Origin: Octopus vulgaris
Taxonomy: Eukaryota
NCBI GenBank assembly: GCA_951406725.2
Contig: OX597819.1
Coordinates: forward strand, 79,732,001 to 79,796,000
Direction: 5' to 3'
Length of the DNA stretch: 64,000 bases
In this document: positions 55,123 through 64,000 of the stretch, piece after piece
How the letters are laid out: every line of letters starts with the position of its first letter
Numbering within the stretch: position 1 is the first letter of the stretch
Made by a program: the position numbers and the translations under genes
Notes under the pieces: generated by a model
The model's database searches: none
The model's input: only the letters and a program-made list of their open reading frames with translations
Told to the model about the DNA's origin: nothing

Positions 55123-55390
55123 GTGTGGTGGTGGTGGTGGTTTTGATAGTTGTAATAATTGTGGTAGTGCTGATGACAGAAGTAGAAGTATTGGTGGTGG
55201 GGGTGGCGGCGGCGGTAGTAGTAGAAGTTGTGGCAGTAGCGGTGGCGGTAGTAGTAGTAATAATAATAATGGTGATGGCATTGTTATTTGTGGTAGTGGT
55301 GATGATGGTAATAGAGGATGAAGTGGTAGTACTGCGGCAGCAGTAGTGGTAGTAGTAGTAGTAGTAGTAGTAGCAGCAGCAGCAGCCGTA

Positions 55391-55437
<47 letters not shown>

Positions 55438-55475
55438 CGTAGTAGTAGTAGTAGTAGTAGTTGTTGTTGTTGTTT
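54675..55475. repeat. (CAG)n/(TAG)n/(TGG)n compound trinucleotide region
   Basis: Read directly. Confidence 0.9.
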
Positions 55476-55514
55476 GGTGTGGTTGTTTGTTACTGTTGCT
55501 GTTAGAACCATAAT

Positions 55515-55760
55515 TTAAGACGGAGAGCTGGCGGTATCGTTAGCACGCCGGGCAAAATGCTTAGCGATATTTCGTCCGTCTTCACGTTCTGAGTTCAAAT
55601 TCCGCCGAGGTCGCTTTTGCCTTTCATTCCTTTTGGTGTCGATAAAATAAAAACCAGTAGAGTAGATGTAGTGGCAATAATTTAGGATCGAAACAAATAT
55701 CAACTTGGCTCCTGACCCATAACAGCTGAGCTTGTGGTAAAATTTGAAACCAATGTTGGT
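55515..55760 (+). mobile_element. SINE-like family B, well preserved; another decayed copy follows at ~55830-55975
   Basis: GAGCTGGC..ATCGTTAGCACGCCGGGCAAAATGCTTAGCG..TTCTGAGTTCAAATTCCGCCGAGGTCG. Confidence 0.8.
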
Positions 55761-56301
55761 ATCATAATTATAGTTATAATGTACGTTGGTGGTGGGAAGT
55801 AACAGAAGCGCAACTGAAAAGCTAGCAAAACTAGACTTTCAGTACTGAGTTCAAATCTCGCCGATATCAAATTTCTCCTTTTATTTTCCCGGGTCCGACA
55901 AAACAAAATACCAAATATTGGTGTGGCGGGGGGAGGTCATCTTGTGCGTAACTATGTTAGAAATATATTATTGTTATCAAATATAATAGAGAAAGATGAG
56001 CAAAGAATCATTCCTGCTGTCGACGTTTGGCATTGTCGTTTCTTATAATTTAAGCCAAAGAATTGTTATTGGTTACCTTTTACATATTTTAATCATTGGA
56101 CTGCGACCATTCTGAGGCATCCCCACCCAAAGCATTTAGTCGAACAAAGCGATCCTAGTACCTACATTTTAAAGCTTGGTGCTTATTGTATCTGTGTCTT
56201 TTGCCCAATAGCTACCGGAGCGAAAACAATCAATAGCAATTGATAAGCCGTGTGGGAGACAAACAGTAAATACATACGCATAGATGCATAATACATACAT
56301 A

Positions 56302-56351
<50 letters not shown>

Positions 56352-56548
56352 AATGGATGAATGAATTATCCTTTGTTTACCGTTAACATGGAAAATTCAG
56401 TAAACAGTTACCAGGGTAGCAAAATTCACGCAAGTAACAAGGATGTAGCGACCTATTCAAAGGTAGAAACTCCGGGTTAATGTGCAGTAATTTGTATAGT
56501 ATAAGTAAATAAATGGAGTTGAATGCAGGTGTTATTCAAATTCTTTTA

Positions 56549-56634
56549 CTTTCGACATATGTTTCGAAGACAACATTGGTTTTATTCCAAAGGAATAAAC
56601 GGCGTAAAATAATGTTATCTTCTCACCAGGAAAG
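56549..56634 (-). ncRNA. HHR motif with long helix II (A6G core), between inverted repeats 56499-56542 / 56670-56713
   Basis: CTTTC-CTGGTGA-GAAGATAACATT/AATGTTGTCTTC (inner TTTATTCC/GGAATAAA)-GAA-ACATATGT-C-GAAAG. Confidence 0.72.
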
Positions 56635-56718
56635 AAAGAGAACCCATCTCAACAACAAGACATTATAACAATTTTGAATATCATCTGCGTTCAACTCCAT
56701 TTATTTACTTATATCATA

Positions 56719-57119
56719 CTAGCAGTATCGCCCGACGTTGCTCGGGTTTGTAAGGGAAATAACTATATAAGCATTTTTAGAGTTATAGCCAAAAGATAGC
56801 AAAAAACTGCATTAAAAATGGAAAAAAAATGATGGTAAATTTTTTTTTAAATCGTTGACTCATCGTAGACATTTTTAGAGAGTTACTACCCTTATATAAT
56901 AGCGAAAAAAATGCATCAAAATGGAAAAAAATGATGGTAAATTATTTTTTAAATCGTAGACTCATCGTAGACGCGTGCTAATACCCAGAAGGGCTCGATA
57001 TGAATCACGACTATAAGATACCCGGTTTTGGTTACACTGCACCGCAAAATGTGGGAGTAGTTAGGAATCTAAATCGTAGGAGACAGACACTCACACAACT
57101 TCACTTTTATATATATAGA
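56719..57119 (-). mobile_element. Non-autonomous Helitron (same family as 35274-35667)
   Basis: CTAG end at 56719-56722 with subterminal hairpin; TC start at 57119-57118. Confidence 0.88.
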
Positions 57120-57625
57120 CTAGCAGTATCGCCCGGCGTTGCTCGGGTTTGTAAGGGAAATAACTATATAAGCATTTTTAGAGAGTTACTTCCCTTATAA
57201 ATTCGGGCTTTCTTAGCCATTTTTGTTTTGGTGTCTTCAAGCCATGAAGTCGTTGTTCTAAAAGAACGCTGGTTTCCTTCACAACGCATTACGACGTTGA
57301 TTTCTTTACACTCCCTTCCCCACAGCTTCACGAGGGAGGGAAGGGGGAGAAGCAAACAGGTGCAGCTGTGAGCGTGGACGCCAACTCCGCCGCCATCGAC
57401 ATACGATGCATTTTATGCATTAAAATGGAATAAAAAATGATGTTAAATTATTTTTAAAATCGTAGACTCATCGTTGACGCGCGCTAATAGTCAGACGGGC
57501 TCGATATGAATCACGACTATAAGATACCCGAATTTGGTTAAACTGCACCGCAAAATGTGGGAGGAGTTAGGAATCTAAATCGAAGGGGACAGACACTCAC
57601 ACAACTAGAGTTTTATATATAGAGA
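57120..57625 (-). mobile_element. Non-autonomous Helitron variant with a different internal segment, head-to-tail with the previous copy
   Basis: CTAG at 57120-57123 abuts the TC of the neighbour; unique segment ~57200-57410. Confidence 0.88.
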
Positions 57626-58049
57626 TATATATATGTGTGTGTGTGTGTGCGTGCACGAATAGACATCCCAAAATTAGGGAATGGAGTAGGTAAAATCCAG
57701 ACTTCATATTTTTCATAGCTAGTGGAATCTCGGAAATAGTAAATTATCCAAACGAGGATTAGACTGCAAGTAGACCGTAATTTACATTGTCGTTAGGACA
57801 TCCTGTGTTGAGGATTTGATAGAAATGCTCCAATAAATCACTATTGTTCCTGAAACTTGTTATATATATATAAGTTGTCATATATAAACTTAGATAAACT
57901 TAGATATGTTTCGACCAAAGATTGGTCCAGGCCATGTCTAACTTAATAGCACCACCTGATAGGATTATTCGAATCCTGTTTGGGTGAGTTGTATCCAATT
58001 ATGGGTTGCTTCTTTGAAGGAATCTATCCAGACTCCGTTTAAAGTTGAT

Positions 58050-58088
<39 letters not shown>

Positions 58089-58104
58089 TGAGGTTATCAG
58101 AGGT

Positions 58105-58300
58105 AGTGGTGTTAATAAGACCCAAAGGTGTCAGGTAATGCTGAGTAAGTGCTATGGACAGACCATAAAACCCTCGATTCAATAACACCGTGTACAAACT
58201 CTATACTTGGTATGACCAATTTTAAATAATTTTGGAACTTACTCACAAGGTACTGGAATCTTTTATGTATACCAGTCTGCCTAAATAATGGATCTACAGA
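58105..58300 (+). pseudogene. Possible very decayed Penelope GIY-YIG remnant
   Basis: SGV..C...KCYGQTIK and KVLES..LNNG pieces in different frames, upstream of an HHR on the same strand. Confidence 0.35.
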
Positions 58301-58402
58301 TGCAATATCCCTACATATTTCACATTTATTTTCATTCCTACATTTCACTCTCTATTTCATATCTTGTCTAGAATAACTATTGCTTAACCATTTTCTCACC
58401 CC

Positions 58403-58450
58403 GTTTCCGAAGAAGGGATATATAAAATATCCCGGAAACTGCTGTAAGAC
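58403..58450 (+). ncRNA. HHR motif (U4C core)
   Basis: GTTT-CCGAAGA-a-GGGATAT/ATATCCC-g-GAAAC-TGCT-GTA-AGAC. Confidence 0.65.
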
Positions 58451-58502
58451 CTATTTATAAATGTTCTAAAATCTTTCACAGCCTTGGTTTTTTATCTCAT
58501 TC

Positions 58503-58534
<32 letters not shown>

Positions 58535-58600
58535 CTGCTTTCGGTGCGAATTGTTTTCTTATACGGCACTACGGCGCCGTATTTTACAATCCTGTAAATA

Positions 58601-58957
58601 ATAATAATGCTATTTTTCATATAAGCTTAAAACTTATGACGATCACCATGCAATAACTAAGGAAAATAGTCTAATAACGGGGCATATAAGCCCTCGACAG
58701 GAAAAAAGAAGACTTTCCTATCTGCGTTGGACTCGAACCCATATACTTTTGTTAACGCGACGAAGTGTATAAGTCGCGTTAAGTGTGTAAATGTAACAGT
58801 CGCATTAACAAAGGGATGTGGGTTCAAGTCCCACGCGGATAGGAAAGCCTTCTTTTTTCTGTCGGGGGCTTATATGCCCCGTTATTAAACTATTTTCCTT
58901 AGTCATTGCACGGTGATCGCCAAAAGCTTTAAGTTTATATAAAACATACCATTATTA
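58601..58957. repeat. Fold-back element with tRNA-like B boxes in both arms
   Basis: Arms ~58601-58761 / 58799-58957; GGGTTCAAGTCCCA (+) and GGGTTCGAGTCCAA (-). Confidence 0.8.
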
Positions 58958-58969
58958 ATATATATTTAT

Positions 58970-59025
<56 letters not shown>

Positions 59026-59027
<2 letters not shown>

Positions 59028-59440
59028 TCTTTACTCTTTACTCTTTTACTTGTTTCAGTCATTTGACTGTGGCCATGCTGGAGCACCGCCTTTTAGTCGA
59101 ACATATCGACCCCGGGACTTATTCTTTGTAAGCCCAGTACTTATTCTATCGGTCTCTTTTGCCGAACCGCTAAGTTACGGGGACGTAAACACACCAGCAT
59201 CGGTTGTCAAGCAATGCTAGGGGGACAAACACAGACACACAAACACATACACACACATATATATATATACATATATACGACAGGCTTCTTTCAGTTTCCG
59301 TCTACCAAATCCACTCACAAGGCATTAGTCGGCCCGGGGCTATAACAGAAGACACTTGCCCAAGATGCCACGCAGTGGGACTGAACCCGGAACCATGTGG
59401 TTGGTTAGCAAGCTACTTACCACACAGCCACTCCTGCGCC
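59026..59440 (-). mobile_element. tRNA-derived SINE family A, full-length reference copy (CORE-like)
   Basis: A box TGGCTGTGTGG, B box GGTTCAGTCCC, CTTGGGCAAGTG block, internal (TA)/(TG) tract, 3' stem-loop CAGTC/GACTG and GTAAA(A)GA tail repeats; further partial copies near 8830, 15350, 19260, 21080, 30020, 32760, 35690, 40500, 47690 and 56080. Confidence 0.9.
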
Positions 59441-59456
59441 TATATATATATACACC

Positions 59457-59493
<37 letters not shown>

Positions 59494-61322
59494 CTACATA
59501 TATATATATATACACCTACATATACACATGCACACACAGAAGCTTCCTCACAGTTTTCGTCTACCGAATTCACTCAGAAGGTACCAGCTGGCTCGGGGCA
59601 GTAAGTGGTACTGACTATGACAAAGCTATACGTTGAAATTATAGTACTGTCAGAATGCTTGTTTCGCTTGTCGAAATCAAAAGCATTTCCAGATCTCTGA
59701 TCGACAAAAGTAGCAACAATGACAAAAGCAACTAACACAATTTAAAGGACTGAGCAGAAAAAAAATCTAACATCCCCCAAAGAATAGTTGGAATAGGAAA
59801 GTATGTACATTATGTTGTGATTGTCATCATCCTGTTCTTAACTTCTGGTCTGTCAAAAATAGAACAGCAACAAATTTCACAAGACATAGAAACGGTGCAT
59901 AAAAGCGAGGCAGCATCTCATCACTGATCAGTGCCATTTCCAAATGTTTCTTTGCGGCAAAGGCTCAGCCATGTATTTCAGTGGTAAATTCTATTACCGC
60001 ATTATATCACTAGGTGAAAGAGACAGATTTCAGGAACATGAACTTGATTGCGGCAAATAAGATGTAAAACACCAAGCTGTAAAAGGGTTAGATTATTCTA
60101 AGAATAAAAGAATTCTAAAGAATGGCAAATAACCTTTGATCCTTTACCGAAAGATATTGACAGTGGCTCAAAAAGTGTTATATAGATGTAGGGAAATTTT
60201 ATTAGCTGTGTCAACGAGTAAATCTGAAGTCTCATGTTTCATTGATATGTAAGAATGCAAACACCAGGTAACATATTGTCATTTATTCTTTTAACTGTAT
60301 GATTGGTTTGAGCAATGAAGGAAAGAATCATTTGACTTATTTTAATAGCAATTAGGGCGTCTAGAGTTACCAACACACTATTGATAGAGAGATTTTAGGC
60401 TCACAACACAGTTGCACATTCTTTGGTCTTTTTAGAAAGACGGAGTATCTGTATTCCTTCAGAAAGATCCAGACATAAAGATAGGGGTTATTTTAGTACT
60501 ATGACTGGTCAATAATTTTAGATGTTCATAGCTGTAAAATATACGCTCAAAGCTAAAGGCCCTTTTTGTTGTGACGTACAATGGATGGCCAAAATTTTTC
60601 AGACAGATGGAAATAGTCTTGAAAACACTGAAATTATTAACGTTAATAAAGAACCGAGTAGATAAAATTGTGTTAAGATATCAAATAAGAGTTATAAGAA
60701 GCTCTTCAATCTCTTTAGATAGTACGAAACAGATATTGAACAGATTTCCTGAATACGCTGGTGAAAACATGAATAATTGACAGTGGGTCACCCAAATGAT
60801 ATTTAGATTGTATCTTAACGTTTGATGTTGCCGCTAATTTGTGCCAAGAATTTTCTGAAATAGAAAATAGTGGGGCAAAATAGAGTGTTCCAATTCATGA
60901 GCAGTTGTAAGTGGCACAGTCAATACTAATAAGATCTCTAAACAGAGAATCTATTTGCTGAAAATATTGACACAGTAGTGATTCAATGAGGTGAGATCCA
61001 TAGCCAGTCAAAGAACATTTATATAACTTATCTTATAGGAATTCAATAGAAAGACGAGACGGGCCAGATGGAATGAGACATCTGTACATTCATTGGATTA
61101 AAGTAACATATGCTTGTACATCAAATACCCCACTCCCTAAGCATCAGTAACTGGAATCCAGTGAGGAATAGTGCAAGATGACAGTCAGGTACATTAACCG
61201 CGTGTTTAATAACAAGGTGCTGTCTCTTAGAATTTTCCCACCAAAGGATATTTATATGTCAGGAGGGATATGAAGAAAGCATATTTGTACACTGCTGGAT
61301 AGCAGGTGAGTATCATGACTTC

Positions 61323-62218
61323 CCCCCTTCAAAGTCCAACCGTTCTCATCACCGTGGTGCTGGGGGTGACAACGGCGTATGGTAAGTATGCAGGCTAAAC
61401 GGCTCTGGCCTGGGGAAAGACCTGGTCACCCCCCCCCCCCAGTATCTTGACCAATATACTCTATGGATCAAAAGTGTAAGAATTCTAATATGATGGTACC
61501 AAGCGGTGGGACTCCCGGGCTGCGAGGTACCACATTGGCTACTGGGGAAGAGCGCAAGGATAATCATAATAGCGGCGGTATTGATGATGTGGATGGGACA
61601 AAACCTTCTGGACACCTGCCTGTTGATGTAGCCACCAGCGAACTGAGATACCTGTGCTGCACAAAAGTCATGAAAATTGGAACATGGAACGTAAGGGGAA
61701 TGAACATTGAGAAGTTGGACACCATCAGGAAGGGAAATGAATCGGTTAAACATCGATATCCTAGGAGTCAGCGAAGTTCATTGGACTGGCAATGGCTTCT
61801 TCAACTCTGGTGATCATACGATGTACTTTTCGGGCAATAGTAAGACCAGACAACATGGAGTGGGATTTGTTCTATACAAGAAAATATCCAAGTGTGTTGA
61901 AAGTTTCCAGACCATCAGTGATCGAGTGATTACCATTCGCATCAAAGCCAAACCCAACAACATCACATTCCTACAAATCTACGCACCAATTTTGGTCATA
62001 TTATGCGGTGAAAATCCCTGGAGAAGGACATCATGCTCGGAATGGTCAGTGGCAAGAGAGGAAGAGGCCGACCAAGAACTTGCTGTCTTGACACCATCAA
62101 TGGTTACACGGGAATGACCATGGCCAATCTGAAAGAAGCGACTCACGATAGAACTGGCTGGAGAACACTGATCCATCGAGTAACCGAGACGACTTCGACT
62201 GATCGGATAGATAGATAG
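61323..62218 (+). mobile_element. Internally deleted RTE-clade LINE with 11-bp TSD
   Basis: APE endonuclease N-terminus (KIGTWNVRGM..DILGVSEVHWTG..HGVGF..QIYAP) joined at ~61990 to the RTE C-terminus (FGHIMR..GKRGRGRPR..DRTGWR); (GATA)n tail; ATCATGACTTC at 61312-61322 and 62219-62229. Confidence 0.9.
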
Positions 62219-62348
62219 ATCATGACTTCATTCGCTCTTTAACGGATTTTTCTTTTTATGCTACAGAGTGTCGACGACCTGAACATGCAAAAGTTTCTTC
62301 GTGTTAGGATTCATGTCATCAGTAATTCACTAGAATTGGTTGACATGC

Positions 62349-62428
<80 letters not shown>

Positions 62429-62429
62429 G

Positions 62430-62462
<33 letters not shown>

Positions 62463-62475
62463 ATACATATTTATA

Positions 62476-62568
62476 TGCGTGGCACCTTGATCAAATGTCT
62501 TCTACTATAGCTCGGGCCGACCAAAGCCTTGCGAGTGGATTTGGTAAACGGAAGCTGAAAGAAGCTCG

Positions 62569-62620
<52 letters not shown>

Positions 62621-62826
62621 ATGTTTGTATATGTTTGTGTGTTTGTCCCCCCACAACATCACTTGACAACCGATGCTGGTGTGTTTACGTTGACGTAACT
62701 TAGCGGTTCAGCAAAAAAAACCGATAGAATAAGTACTAGGCTTAGAAAGTCCTGGGATCGATTTGGTAGACTAAAGACGATGCTCCAGCATGGCCGCAGT
62801 CAAATGATTGAAACAAGTAAAAGAGT
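62476..62826 (+). mobile_element. tRNA-derived SINE family A, head-truncated
   Basis: GCGTGGCACCTTG.. through GCAGTCAAATGATTGAAACAAGTAAAAGAG. Confidence 0.85.
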
Positions 62827-62845
62827 ATATATATATATATTTGTG

Positions 62846-62917
<72 letters not shown>

Positions 62918-63042
62918 ATGTATAACTGTAAACAAGGGAGAGAGGATTGAACAAACACTCTCAATTGCATAAAACTACAATGATCATACCCAGATTGAAT
63001 TTATATATACGTGTGTGTGTATGTGTATATACGTAAATATAT

Positions 63043-63310
63043 ATCACGTGATCAAGTGACCGACCAAGCTGTTAGATGTGGTTATTCATCGCTCGTCACA
63101 ATGCATTGTTTTAGCCTTCAATGACGTCAAACCGCTGGCTAGGCGTGCGGGCCAACATTCAATATTGATCGAAAGGGAGATGGGAGCAATGTGAAATGAA
63201 GTGTTTTGCTCTAGGTACAAAACGCGCCGCCCATTCAGGGAATCGAACCCACGATCTAGCGATCATGATTGCAACAGCCAAAACACTAGGCCACGCGCTT
63301 TCACACGTAA

Positions 63311-63354
<44 letters not shown>

Positions 63355-63480
63355 ATCACGTGACCGACCAGACCATCAGATGTTGCTACACATCGCTGGT
63401 CACAATGCGCTTCACATCGTTTTAGCCTTCGAATGACGCCACCTCGCTGGCTAAGCGAGCAGGCCAACAGAAGAAAGAGT
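63043..63480 (-). mobile_element. tRNA-derived SINE (63043-63303) plus an isolated second 3' tail (63347-63480)
   Basis: Head GTGGCCTAGTG..GGGTTCGATTCCC; both tails end in GGTCGGTCAC(G/T)TGATCACGTGA within (TA)n. Confidence 0.78.
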
Positions 63481-63829
63481 GTATATATATGTAAATGCAT
63501 ATATGTATACATACAAACACACACATACATACATACATACATACATACATACATACATACACACATGCATACACACACATACATTTATATATAAATACAT
63601 GCACATATAGGTACGCCTATGTGTGTGTCTGCATGCTTGAAAAGTGAGTAATACAGATTTCAGTCATACAGGGCAATAATATGTATTTGAATTGTTAAGT
63701 ACTCTTTTTAATGAATGTACATAAGTGTATATATATATATATATATATATATTTATGCATATATACATATCAATGCATGTAGATATGTATATAAATATGT
63801 GTGTATATCTATGTATGTATGCCTCTATG

Positions 63830-63877
<48 letters not shown>

Positions 63878-64000
63878 CATACATACATACATATATATAT
63901 ATATCTGAACACATGCATCCATAATATATTAGGTGTAGGTAAAGAGCGCAATGTATGGAAACATAATCCTGCATTGTTTTCGAAGATATGGAGTTATTTT

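Noticed and set aside
57900-57935. Minus-strand GACCAA/TTGGTC-GAAAC-ATAT motif
   Set aside because: Core strand and cleavage triplet missing; at most an unrecognisably decayed HHR.
59640-61300. 1.6 kb of complex, non-microsatellite sequence
   Set aside because: No ORF, terminal repeat or motif could be recognised by eye; probably an old decayed element, needs a homology search.

Overview
Gene-empty, AT-rich, microsatellite-saturated animal DNA; the repeat make-up suggests an octopus-like cephalopod (inference only). No host protein-coding exon could be supported, and nearly all ORF-track entries are translations of (TA)n, (CA)n, (GATA)n, (TAA)n, (GAT)n or (TAG)n tracts. Recognisable content is mobile DNA: a 5'-truncated R4/Dong retrotransposon in (TAA)n, an internally deleted RTE LINE with an 11-bp TSD, a Naiad-type Penelope GIY-YIG relic, several Tc1/mariner relics (one nested pair), pogo- and hAT-like MITEs, non-autonomous Helitrons (one head-to-tail pair) and many SINE copies. 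The main unexpected signal, found by hand-folding, is about 18 type I hammerhead-ribozyme (HHR) motifs, intact or decayed, from roughly ten unrelated sequence families, mostly in Penelope-style pseudo-LTRs and often in inverted pairs. The best cases are (i) a four-ribozyme locus at 21.7-23.6 kb whose two + strand ribozymes would excise a 316-nt retrozyme-like monomer, (ii) a canonical HHR heading a ~215-nt run of hairpins at 38.0 kb, and (iii) a tRNA-headed SINE joined to an HHR tail at 46.2 kb. All structures were derived by eye; activity, copy number and novelty are untested.
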